64,000 nt of DNA from an uncultured archaeon (GTDB lineage: Archaea > Thermoplasmatota > Thermoplasmata > Thermoplasmatales > Thermoplasmataceae), in NCBI GenBank assembly GCA_000965745.1, contig CP009479.1, positions 2,080,001-2,144,000 on the forward strand. The letters are read 5' to 3'. This document shows, piece by piece, positions 1-9,431 of the stretch; the first letter of the stretch is position 1; each line of letters opens with the position of its first letter. Made by a program: the position numbers and the translations under genes. The notes under the pieces were generated by a model. The model did not search any database. It was not told the origin of the DNA and worked only from the letters and a program-made list of their open reading frames with translations.

Positions 1-557
1 GGAAGGTGAAAGAAGAGGGACTTTCGGAACAGCTGTCACTGCACAGGGCCCGGGCAGGAAGAATTTCAGAAGTGCTTTCAGACGGGGAAAGGGGTGTTTT
101 CGACGGGATATACTCAAACTTTGGTGCCCTCAACTGCGAGGAAAACCTTGGAGACATCTCTCCGCAGATATGGACTCTACTGACCGATAAAGGACCTTTT
201 GTTTCGGGCGTGTACAATAGGTACTGCATGTCGGAAATCCTATTGTATATGCTGACTTTTCAGCCCGGGAAGGTACATGACCGCATGAGGAGGCATTCAA
301 TGGAGGGGCACTCACGCTTCTGTGTGGACATATTCTCATATGGGCCCTCTGAATTCTTCTCCTTTTTCCGAAAATATTTCTTGCTCAGATCCGTCGAAGG
401 CGTCCCGGTAATAATTCCGCCTTCCAATCTTGTGGACTATGTCGAAAAGTTCAGCTCGCATTTCACCGTTCTCAAGAAACTGGACAGAACTCTTGGAGCC
501 CTGTGGCCCTTCAAGTACCTGGGTGATCATTTCCTCATGGTAATGCAGAAAAAATAG
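1..557 (+). CDS. Class I SAM-dependent methyltransferase, C-terminal part (5' end outside window)
   Basis: Open frame from the window edge; FDGIYSNFGALNC resembles methyltransferase motif II/post-II; motif I not visible. Confidence 0.65.
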   Translation, partial: KVKEEGLSEQLSLHRARAGRISEVLSDGERGVFDGIYSNFGALNCEENLGDISPQIWTLLTDKGPFVSGVYNRYCMSEILLYMLTFQPGKVHDRMRRHSMEGHSRFCVDIFSYGPSEFFSFFRKYFLLRSVEGVPVIIPPSNLVDYVEKFSSHFTVLKKLDRTLGALWPFKYLGDHFLMVMQKK

Positions 558-834
558 GCCGGGCAAACTTCATCGCAACACCTGATGCAATCTGCATGAA
601 ACTTGCTCTGCCATCGTGTATTGTTGTTCAGCACCGGTGTTGGAGACTTTTTGCCATGGATACTTCCGGGAGCCGCGCCAGGTTTACCTGATACGAAAAT
701 GTAACACAGACTCCCTAATATATTGGCTTTGCATAGTAAATTAACTTGGCAGCCCTTTATTTACTATCTCTGTGCCTTTTCATTCTCCAGACTTATTACA
801 TGGAAATGTATATAAGCTTTAAGGCAGTTTATAC

Positions 835-1296
835 TTGGTGAGCATTATGGATGATAGTAGCCGGGAAAAAAGACCAGTCTCACTCTCTGCAATAATGGTA
901 TCAGGCATTATTGCTCTTGCGTCAAGTATATTCCTTCTTGTATACGACAAGAACCTGATGAATCATGCCATGCTCCATTGGTACGGTTTAATTGCTTATG
1001 TAATCATAATCGTGATTCTGCTCGGATTATCCGCAGGCAGGTCAAAGGGAGCATTTGTGGGCCTCATAATAATACCGGTTGTCTTCATTGTACTGATACT
1101 GGCAGATGCTGCATTAAACCTGCCTCTAAGCAGCTTCCATTCAACAAGCCCCTCCATGCTGGGCTGGAGGTACCTGTTCGGATTTGGAGCTGCGGGTGAG
1201 GGATCAACAGCCATAAGATCATCCGCACTGGTTATTGATCTGGTGGCATCTGCAGTTCTGATAGGTGCTTCGGTGCGTGCCCTGATGAAGAAGTAG
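835..1296 (+). CDS. Hypothetical 4-TM membrane protein (ATG at 847 is an alternative start)
   Basis: Four hydrophobic segments; TATA-like TATATAAG near 809-816. Confidence 0.7.
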   Translation: MVSIMDDSSREKRPVSLSAIMVSGIIALASSIFLLVYDKNLMNHAMLHWYGLIAYVIIIVILLGLSAGRSKGAFVGLIIIPVVFIVLILADAALNLPLSSFHSTSPSMLGWRYLFGFGAAGEGSTAIRSSALVIDLVASAVLIGASVRALMKK

Positions 1297-1370
1297 GCCC
1301 TCTCGTGGTTGAGGGTTGTTCTGCCGCGATGCAGAAACCTTAGTTTACCGTATTCCGAAAGGTTGCAGCA

Positions 1371-2234
1371 TTATCCGACAAGAGGCCAGATAATCATGTC
1401 CATGTCATGCCTCATATCTCTTTTCGACATGAGAATTGAGAGTGCTTCAATGCCTACTACAAATGGCAGATGGAAGATCCTTTTCCAGTCCTCGGCTATA
1501 ACTTTCCACATTATATTGAACAGTAGAGGCAGGTTCCTGAAATTGAGATCATTCATGACGACCGGCCTCATGTTGATTGAGGCCAGCTGCCTGTGGCCGA
1601 AGTTCACTCTTTTCCTCTGCCTGATCAGATCGATGATGGTTTCCGGAACAGTGTTCCAGACCGTTATATCGGAAGCGTATCTTGCACTGTATCCGAGTTC
1701 TATGGCTCTGAGGCAGATATACGCATCGTCGTTCACCACCTCTCTCAGGTCCTTGAGTAGCGAGCTTCTGACAATCAGCACTTCTCCTCCGTGCAGAGAT
1801 TTCCCCGACCTTTCCAGCTCCATGAGATGAAGGTTTCTCACAGCCCATATTGCCGAAGCAATCCTGGTAGGAAATGTCCGGTCATTCGTGGGCACAACCT
1901 TTGGAACAACAACGCCCGTCCTTTGGTCAAAGTACCCCAGAGCCTTCCAGATTGTTTCCGGCTGAAACGATACATCGCTGCATATTAGGAATGTGAGGTC
2001 CCCAGAAATATGTTCCACAGCCCTTCTGAGAGCGGGCATTTTCCCAATCCTCTCATTTTCAAAAAACACACGAAGCCTGGGATCACCAAGGGAGGATACA
2101 TAGTCATATGTTCCATCATTTCCTCCGACAGCCAGTATGATCTCGTCAAAACTGCACTCAAGTACGCATCCGAGATTTTTTCTGAGTGATGAAACATCGT
2201 TGTAACCGGTAACGATCGCAGAGACTCTCATCAC
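1371..2234 (-). CDS. Glycosyltransferase family 2
   Basis: VSAIVTGYND N-terminus, GKMPAL, degenerate DxD (CSD), VNDD and RQRKR (QxxRW-like) motifs. Confidence 0.85.
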   Translation of the reverse strand: MMRVSAIVTGYNDVSSLRKNLGCVLECSFDEIILAVGGNDGTYDYVSSLGDPRLRVFFENERIGKMPALRRAVEHISGDLTFLICSDVSFQPETIWKALGYFDQRTGVVVPKVVPTNDRTFPTRIASAIWAVRNLHLMELERSGKSLHGGEVLIVRSSLLKDLREVVNDDAYICLRAIELGYSARYASDITVWNTVPETIIDLIRQRKRVNFGHRQLASINMRPVVMNDLNFRNLPLLFNIMWKVIAEDWKRIFHLPFVVGIEALSILMSKRDMRHDMDMIIWPLVG

Positions 2235-2875
2235 TCATCAGCTACCCCTTCAGGAACCATGTTCCTCATCTCGTGGTACTTTTCCGAATCAAAATAGAAA
2301 GAATGCATTGAGACAACAGTGGCAAAGAGTTCAGCAAGCCTGTTCTCCTTCAGGTATCTGTGGTTGTTGAACATCGACTTCAGGATGACCCACACGGAAA
2401 GCAGCAGGAATACCAGCGGCTCCACCGATAATCTTCCGCTGCGTCCGTCATTTTCGTTCGGGAAATAGCCGTTGGAAACTTCATCGGGGAAGTATCTTCT
2501 CACGAAGGGTGAGTTGTTCAGGAGGCTCTGGTAGTATTCACCCCCTCTGTATGGGATTACATGCACCGAGTCAGAAGCGAGGAGGTAGTCCCCGCTCTGC
2601 GAGAAAAAGGACCAGGCGAAACTTTCATCCATCACCAGAGATATGCAGATCTTTCTGTCGCCGTTCAGGATTCTTATTATGAATGCTCTCAGCAGTGTGG
2701 TCCAGAGCCTCCTGTTTTTCGTGATCAGGAAGATGTCTATGTCGTCATTATCATGCGGATTGTATGAAACAGACCCAGATATGCCAGAGAAAACGATGTC
2801 CCGGCTTCCGACCCTTTCAAGAAATCTGAATCCTCTTGACACCATGTGATCCTTTGCATTCATGGGAAAATTCAC
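2231..2875 (-). CDS. Pol-beta-superfamily nucleotidyltransferase-like protein
   Basis: ISGSVSY...DDIDIFLIT matches hGS-x(9-13)-DhD; 4-nt overlap with the GT2 gene. Confidence 0.6.
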   Translation of the reverse strand: MNFPMNAKDHMVSRGFRFLERVGSRDIVFSGISGSVSYNPHDNDDIDIFLITKNRRLWTTLLRAFIIRILNGDRKICISLVMDESFAWSFFSQSGDYLLASDSVHVIPYRGGEYYQSLLNNSPFVRRYFPDEVSNGYFPNENDGRSGRLSVEPLVFLLLSVWVILKSMFNNHRYLKENRLAELFATVVSMHSFYFDSEKYHEMRNMVPEGVADE

Positions 2876-3245
2876 CTACGGAGTTAATGTTTGTTGAATA
2901 TAGCCACATTGGGTATTATAATATTTTGCAAGAAATATTCCCTGTGTGATATCCTGAGTTCCGCGTAAGATATTTTCAATTCGTATCCTCTCTTGTCTCT
3001 GTAGGCGCCCCCCTGAATGCAAGAGGATCGTCAGCAGAATACTTCCTGTATTTTTACTTCAAAGCTTCGTCAAGCAAGCTGCATGCGGGAACATGGCTAT
3101 TTCACCAATAAATGCCAGTATTACCACAACGGGCAACTGCAATCTGAGTTTGCGAAAACCATTCCCTGTGTTGACCCAAGTGGGGCAAAGAATGCCCTGG
3201 TGACCGGAGTCCTTTAATGAATAGTTCCCAGCTGGACTCATCGAG

Positions 3246-3872
3246 TCAGTAGAACAGCAGAATGAGGCCCAAAATTACTAGGGCAATCCCGGACACCCCC
3301 TTTAGCAGCCGGAAACGCCCCCTGACAATCCTGGCGAACTGCTGCCTGAATGTCAAAGCCACGAATAGAGCAACCACTACAGCAACGATGCCTGCACTGA
3401 TCGCCTCAAGTGGATGGCCGTTGATGCCGAGCGGTATCATGATTGCGACAATCTCCACCTCCTCAATAGCCACGAGCTGAGTGGCAAGAGCCAGCGTTCG
3501 ACGACCGCCCTTCTCAAGTTCCCTGGCTTCGCTGACCTCCTCTGGTTCTTCCTCCTTTTTGAGCACGGAGAATAGGAGCCAGCCAATTCCCACCGCAATC
3601 AGGATTACGGCACCTGCCTTCTGGACGAGGGGGAAATAAGACCGGAAGAGAAGAGGTGCGAGGACGACGAAGACGGCGGATACGGGAAGCACGATGAAGC
3701 TGGCAGCCGCATAAGCAAGGAGCAGCATTCTCCAGCCGAACATCCGTGCGTAGATCAGGTTCACCAAGTTGTCCTCGATCATCTCATAGGATAAGGCTCC
3801 AAGAGCAGCGAATAGTACTATGAAACTGAACATCTGAACTTGAATCCCCCTTGTCAACTTGAATTTACTCAT
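3246..3872 (-). CDS. LysE-superfamily (COG4280/TMEM165/FTR1-like) membrane protein, probable metal transporter
   Basis: About 6 TM in two repeats, each opening with an ExxE motif (YEMIED, IEEVEI), acidic central loop; start moved to ATG 3872. Confidence 0.6.
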   Translation of the reverse strand: MSKFKLTRGIQVQMFSFIVLFAALGALSYEMIEDNLVNLIYARMFGWRMLLLAYAAASFIVLPVSAVFVVLAPLLFRSYFPLVQKAGAVILIAVGIGWLLFSVLKKEEEPEEVSEARELEKGGRRTLALATQLVAIEEVEIVAIMIPLGINGHPLEAISAGIVAVVVALFVALTFRQQFARIVRGRFRLLKGVSGIALVILGLILLFY

Positions 3873-4131
3873 GACTCTAAATGTGCCGCAGATCAAGGTT
3901 CTCGTGCTACAATTCAGGCTATGCGTGGGGAACAACAGGTTATTACATATTAGGCAACCCTGTTAACTTGAGGCTTGTTTTAAAGATAAACAGTCATCCT
4001 GGCGATATGCCACACTGATGCCCTGGATTTGAGAGGCCAGTTTCAGGATGTAAAATCATGCTGTGCCCCCACATTTCCTTGACTGCATTCATTTGGGCTG
4101 ACATCAGGCTGATCACTCGAGGCGACTTGAA

Positions 4132-4392
4132 ATGAATAGTGAAATCAAAGCTGATAGAATAGCGGACGCGAGGGATACCTTATGCCCCGGGCCGTTCTGG
4201 GAATTGATAAAAGTATATAGCTCTGCGAAGGAGGACGACGTCATCTCACTATATTCTACAGAAGAGTATGACATCGAGACTAAGACGGATGCCCCCGTCT
4301 GGATCGATAAGACCGGGAACAAACTGATCGGTGTCTTCGACAGGGAAGGATACTATGAAATAATGATGAGGAAGACGAAAAAGGGCCGTTAA
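4132..4392 (+). CDS. tusA: TusA/SirA-family sulfur carrier
   Basis: [10 protein letters not shown] (CPxP) motif, 86 aa. Confidence 0.88.
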   Translation: MNSEIKADRIADARDTLCPGPFWELIKVYSSAKEDDVISLYSTEEYDIETKTDAPVWIDKTGNKLIGVFDREGYYEIMMRKTKKGR

Positions 4393-4447
4393 TTTTCTCT
4401 TCCGGTACTTACTCCAAATTTAAGTAGAAATCAAGAATATCATATTC

Positions 4448-4810
4448 ATGGAATATCGGAAGCTTACCCCCGAAGAAGAAAGAATAATTGTCCATAAGGG
4501 TACAGAAATTCCTTTCACAGGAGAATATGAAGATAATTACAGGAAAGGCACATACTACTGCAGAAGGTGCAATACCCCACTATACAAATCAGAGAGCAAA
4601 TTTGATGCCAGGTGTGGATGGCCAAGCTTTGATGATGAAATAGAAGGAGCTGTCAAGAGGATCCAGGACGCTGATGGAATAAGAACCGAAATCCAGTGCA
4701 ATAATTGCGGAGCCCATCTTGGGCATGTATTTCTGGGCGAGGGATTCACTCCTAAGAACGTCAGGCATTGCGTGAACTCAATCTCCCTGGTTTTCATGCC
4801 AGAGGAATAA
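4448..4810 (+). CDS. msrB: Methionine-R-sulfoxide reductase
   Basis: GTE, CRRC, GWPSF, CNNC, HLGHVF, RHCVNS motifs. Confidence 0.96.
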   Translation: MEYRKLTPEEERIIVHKGTEIPFTGEYEDNYRKGTYYCRRCNTPLYKSESKFDARCGWPSFDDEIEGAVKRIQDADGIRTEIQCNNCGAHLGHVFLGEGFTPKNVRHCVNSISLVFMPEE

Positions 4811-5192
4811 ACCCTGGCAAGTTTCCCATTACGGGCTTTTCTGACAACATTGGAATGTTGGCTTATTCCCATAACACTTTCCGGAATCTGGATGATAGGA
4901 GGACGGTCTCCCGAAGCCATCCGATCAATCCCCGCTTATTGGCAGAAGATTTGGTTGGCTCCCTCAAGGATTGGTTTTCCCTGCACTGAAGAATTTGAAG
5001 TAGAACTTCCTTTATACGGGCGCGCGCATATCATTGTTCCATATATTGATAAAATTGAACAGTTTCCATTCCAGCGGCACCCCGCCAGCCATGGGTCGGA
5101 TCAACTGTTCATGCGGGCCATGGGATCTCCGGGGGCTTAACAGTTAGGCTATGCTCTTTTTTTGAAACCGCCGATAATTCCTAATTAGAGGG

Positions 5193-6755
5193 TTGGTTTT
5201 GACCGGGCAGATAGAGAGAAAAATTATTGGCAGGATTGAGGGGACAAATCATTCCAGTTCACTTGAAGATTCAGAAAAGCTAAAAATTGCCGATGAGTTG
5301 AAAATTCCCCTTTCAGTGGTTGAGAGTGTTTCGTCCTTTTACTTCAGGGAGAGAGGGACTGGGACTATATGCACCGGGCTTCCATGCTATCTCAGGAGAA
5401 GTGGGGAAGACGGGCATGGGAACTTAGAGAGCTCTTCCTGCCTTGGGTACTGTGATCATGCTCCTGTGCTGGAGAAGGATGGAAAATATTACAACGCAGG
5501 CGATGCAGGCCTTTCCGAAATAGATGAAAGCAAGGATTCTTTTGTTATGGACAGAAGAGTGGGGATTGAACCCTACATGATGGGGGGAGGCTATACAGCC
5601 CTCGAAGAATTAATTGGATCAGACGATGATTCGTATGTCCTGAGGAGGCTGGAAGCGTCCGGGCTGAAGGGGATGGGGGGAGCAGGTTATCCCGCCCACT
5701 TGAAATGGAAGTCTTTCAGGGAAAGCCATTCCGGGTCCACCTACCTTCTTGTTAATGCACACGAGGGTGAGCCGGGCACGTTCAAGGACAGGAAGATACT
5801 GGAGCAGAATCCTCATGCTGTGGTCGAGGGTGCCTTGATCACAGCATTCCACAACGGGGCAGGCAAGATATTTGTTGCACTTAAATGGGAATATGCCAAT
5901 GCCTATAGGAGCCTGATGAAAGCGCTTGATGAACTCCAGGTTAAATTTGGTGAGGGAAGCGTAGCTGGAATGTTGCCGGAGATAGATGTTGTAAGGATTG
6001 GAGGAACTTACGTAACAGGTGAGGAAACTGCACTGATGGAGGCACTCGAGGACAGGAGGAGTGAGCCCAGACTCAGGCCGCCTTTCCCCACTGAGAAAGG
6101 CCTGTTTGGACGCCCTACTCTGGTTCACAACGTTGAAACTCTGTCGCTTATTCCCGAAATCCTGAGAAACTCAAATGCCCTGAAAAAGACATACTGCCTG
6201 ACTGGAGACGTAAATGCCCCGGGTGCCATAGTGGCTGACCTGGGGATATCTGCCAGGGAACTGGTTGAGGGGCATGGCAAATCCGATTTGCACAGAATAA
6301 GGGCATTCATGCCGGGAGGCCTTTCAGGAGGATACCTTCCCCCATCCCAGATTGGCGTAAAGCTTGACAGCGAGAGCGTAAGGAAGACCGGAGCTTCCAT
6401 GGGGACCGGTGCAGTAATAGTTCTTTCAGGGGACAGGTGCATGGTTAACATCGCCTTATCAGTATCAAGGTTCTTTGAGGCGGAGTCCTGCGGAAAATGT
6501 GCCCCATGCAGGCTTGGTACAAGTGAGATATCAGAGCTTCTCTCCAGAGTTCTTGAAGGGGATGGCAGTGAGGAAGACCTTGAGGATGGAAAGCAAATTG
6601 CCCGGAGCATGATCGACGGGTCAATCTGCGCTCTGGGCCAGGCGGCGGGAAAGATGTTTCTTGACTCGATCAGGTATTTTGAGCAGGATTACAGGGAACA
6701 CCTTGCAGGAGGCTGCCCTACGGGAGAATGTTCCATAGGCGGTGATATGGGATGA
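5193..6755 (+). CDS. NuoE-NuoF (FdsG-FdsB-like) fusion, NAD(H)/FMN diaphorase subunit
   Basis: N-terminal CTGLPC...CLGYC 2Fe-2S ligands; GLKGMGGAGYP, EGEPGTFKDR, GEETAL, ESCGKCAPC motifs. Confidence 0.9.
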   Translation: MVLTGQIERKIIGRIEGTNHSSSLEDSEKLKIADELKIPLSVVESVSSFYFRERGTGTICTGLPCYLRRSGEDGHGNLESSSCLGYCDHAPVLEKDGKYYNAGDAGLSEIDESKDSFVMDRRVGIEPYMMGGGYTALEELIGSDDDSYVLRRLEASGLKGMGGAGYPAHLKWKSFRESHSGSTYLLVNAHEGEPGTFKDRKILEQNPHAVVEGALITAFHNGAGKIFVALKWEYANAYRSLMKALDELQVKFGEGSVAGMLPEIDVVRIGGTYVTGEETALMEALEDRRSEPRLRPPFPTEKGLFGRPTLVHNVETLSLIPEILRNSNALKKTYCLTGDVNAPGAIVADLGISARELVEGHGKSDLHRIRAFMPGGLSGGYLPPSQIGVKLDSESVRKTGASMGTGAVIVLSGDRCMVNIALSVSRFFEAESCGKCAPCRLGTSEISELLSRVLEGDGSEEDLEDGKQIARSMIDGSICALGQAAGKMFLDSIRYFEQDYREHLAGGCPTGECSIGGDMG

Positions 6756-9424
6756 ATGTGATAATCAACGGCCAGGATTACACTGCCTCAGAAGGGGAAT
6801 CGGTGCTTGATGCCGCCTCCATGCATGGGATCAGCATCCCTACGCTCTGCAATTATGCTGAACATGAAAACGGTGTCTGCAGAATGTGCATGGTAGAGAT
6901 TGAAGGCTCCCCAAAACTGGTTCCTGCCTGCTCAACTGACGTGAAGGAAAAAATCCGGGTACGCACTGACACCGAAAGGGTGGAGAACTACAGGAGGACC
7001 CTTATTGGCCTGTACATGAAGGAACATGGAAACCACCCCCCAGGGCAGGAGGAAAAATGCACACTCCATGAATATGCTTCAGCCTATGGTGTTGAACAGC
7101 ACCGCAAAGTGGAGCTTATTGCAGCGAAGGATGACAGCCATACTGCTATCAGCTACGACCCTTCGCTGTGCATAGGCTGCAGGAAATGCCTTATTGCGTG
7201 CAACCTGGACCAGAACAACGATGTCATCTCACTTGTTGGAAGGGGGCATGCCGTAAAGATAGGGTTTGACAATGATATACCAATGGGATCTTCCAGCTGC
7301 ACATCATGCGGTGCCTGCGTCGATGCCTGCCCAACTGGCGCGATTATTGAAAAAGACTGGGAGCCTGCGAACAGGACAGTGGTGACTACCTGCCCATATT
7401 GTGCGGTCGGGTGCCAGATAGAGTACGGGATAACTGATGACAGGATCGTGTGGGCAAGGGGAATAAAGGGCCTGGGCGTGAACGATGGCAAGTTATGCAT
7501 CAAAGGCAAATTCGGATATGGGTTCGAAAAGAGTGGGGACCGGCTCGTCAGGCCACTGATAAGAAGAGGCGGCGTAAGCAGGAAACCACTGGACGGGAGG
7601 AAGATTGAAGAGTTTTTCAGGGAAGCAACCTGGGACGAAGCGCTTGATCTTCTGGCTGAAAAGATCCGGAATACGGGGGATAAATATGGAAAAGACTCGA
7701 TAGCCGGCGTTGCCAGTGACAGATCGACCAATGAGGACATCTATGCGTTCCAGAAATTCATGAGGGCTGCAGTTAAGACTGACAACCTTGACCAGTCTGC
7801 AACCCTCTGCCACTCACCATCTGCAGCGATGCTGTCCTGGTCCCTTGGCGCAGGCGCTTCGACCAACCCCATACACGACGTGCTCAATTCGAGGACAATA
7901 ATGGTGGTAGGGTCAAACACCGACAGGTCACACCCCGTTATTAGCGCCTATCTTAAGAAGGCCGGGAAAGATGGTGCATTTCTGATAGTTGTTGACCCCA
8001 GGAACATTGAGCTTGCCAGGAGGGCGGACCTCTTTCTTCAGATCAGGCCAGGCACCGATGTAGTGCTCTTCTCCGCAATGGCGAGATATATTCTGGAAAA
8101 TGACCTGGTGGACAAGAACTATGTTGAGAAGTATTCAGAAGGGTTCAGCGAATACTCACAGTCAGTGGGGTCATTCAACCTGCTCGACGCCGAGGATATA
8201 ACTGGAATACCGGCAGAAAAGATAGAAATGGCTGCCCGGATATATGCCTTAAGCAAACCCTCCAGCATATTCTGGACACTCGGGATAACGGAGCATGAGA
8301 ATGGCTCCGACAACGTCTCATCACTCGTCAATCTGGCAATCCTGACTGGAAACATAGGGATACCCGGTGGCGGCCTTAATCCCATAAGAGGGCAGAACAA
8401 CGTGCAGGGAGGGGCTGATGTTGGCGGTTTTCCCGGCTCACTTCCAGGATACCAGGAACTCCTTGACCCGTTGGTGAGGAGCAAGTTCGAGAAGAAGTGG
8501 AAGACACACATACCCCTGAATGCCGGGCTGAAGAGCACAGAAATGATCCAGGAGGCACTCGCTGGAAAAATCAGGCTCATGTACCTTTCGGGAGAGAACT
8601 CCATAAGGTCCCACCCGAATTCTTCAGAGGTAGCTGAAGCTTTCCAGAAACTTGATTTCCTGGCAGTGCAGGACATATTCTTGAACGAGACTGCCGAATA
8701 TGCGGACCTCGTCCTCCCTGCAGCATCCTCCTTTGAACAGTACGGGACGTTCACCAATACAGAGAGAAGGGTTCAGCTTGTGAGGCCCCTGTTTACACCA
8801 CCCGGTGAGGCGAGGGCGGACTGGGAGATATATGCTGACCTTTCCGGCAGGCTTGGATACGATCTTGGCTTCAATGACAGCGGCGACATAATGAGGGAGA
8901 TATCCGATCTCGTTCCCTCCTGGAAGGGGATTTCCCATGAAAGGCTGGAAAAAGGGGGTCTGCAGTGGCCTGTGCCGTCCACCGAATCCCCGGGGACACT
9001 TATTCTCCACAGGAATGGCGCTTTGAGGGGCAGGTCAAGATTCAGGCCGGTGTCATGGCAGCCAAAAGAGAGCGGGGAATACCCCTATGTCCTGATAACA
9101 GGCAGGAGCAGGGAACACTATCACACTGCCACAATGACATCCCGTTCTTCCGTGCTTGCAGCTGTCTCGAAGGCGCCCGCCATAGAAATGAACAGGGGCG
9201 ACATGGCCAGGGAAGGGCTGAAGGAAGGGGATAAAATTAAGGTTGAGTCACCGAATGGGAAGCTGGCAGCTGAGGTGAGATCCAACGATAACCTCCAGCC
9301 TGGTGTCATGTTCACTACCTTCCATTATGCCGGGCTCAGGGCCAACATCCTCACTTCCTCCACACTGGACCCAATAACAAAAACGCCTGCATACAAAGAT
9401 ACCAGAGTGAGGATAACCAGGTGA
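6752..9424 (+). CDS. fdhF: Formate dehydrogenase alpha subunit (Mo/W-bis-PGD, FdsA/FdhF type)
   Basis: 2Fe-2S domain, two CxxCxxCxxxC motifs, CPYCAVGC...C, active-site LCH and RGQNNVQG; ATGA overlap with upstream gene. Confidence 0.9.
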   Translation: MNVIINGQDYTASEGESVLDAASMHGISIPTLCNYAEHENGVCRMCMVEIEGSPKLVPACSTDVKEKIRVRTDTERVENYRRTLIGLYMKEHGNHPPGQEEKCTLHEYASAYGVEQHRKVELIAAKDDSHTAISYDPSLCIGCRKCLIACNLDQNNDVISLVGRGHAVKIGFDNDIPMGSSSCTSCGACVDACPTGAIIEKDWEPANRTVVTTCPYCAVGCQIEYGITDDRIVWARGIKGLGVNDGKLCIKGKFGYGFEKSGDRLVRPLIRRGGVSRKPLDGRKIEEFFREATWDEALDLLAEKIRNTGDKYGKDSIAGVASDRSTNEDIYAFQKFMRAAVKTDNLDQSATLCHSPSAAMLSWSLGAGASTNPIHDVLNSRTIMVVGSNTDRSHPVISAYLKKAGKDGAFLIVVDPRNIELARRADLFLQIRPGTDVVLFSAMARYILENDLVDKNYVEKYSEGFSEYSQSVGSFNLLDAEDITGIPAEKIEMAARIYALSKPSSIFWTLGITEHENGSDNVSSLVNLAILTGNIGIPGGGLNPIRGQNNVQGGADVGGFPGSLPGYQELLDPLVRSKFEKKWKTHIPLNAGLKSTEMIQEALAGKIRLMYLSGENSIRSHPNSSEVAEAFQKLDFLAVQDIFLNETAEYADLVLPAASSFEQYGTFTNTERRVQLVRPLFTPPGEARADWEIYADLSGRLGYDLGFNDSGDIMREISDLVPSWKGISHERLEKGGLQWPVPSTESPGTLILHRNGALRGRSRFRPVSWQPKESGEYPYVLITGRSREHYHTATMTSRSSVLAAVSKAPAIEMNRGDMAREGLKEGDKIKVESPNGKLAAEVRSNDNLQPGVMFTTFHYAGLRANILTSSTLDPITKTPAYKDTRVRITR

Positions 9425-9431
9425 CTGAAAT

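Noticed and set aside
3017-3241. Short ORFs on both strands between the NTase and transporter genes
   Set aside because: No motifs or clear translation signals
4850-5140. 96-aa ORF between msrB and the FDH operon
   Set aside because: No recognisable motif or SD and atypical composition; could be a decayed gene but cannot be supported
7790-7830. Selenocysteine or SECIS recoding in formate dehydrogenase
   Set aside because: The active-site codon is TGC (Cys), there is no in-frame TGA, and the downstream hairpin near 11104-11118 lacks archaeal SECIS features
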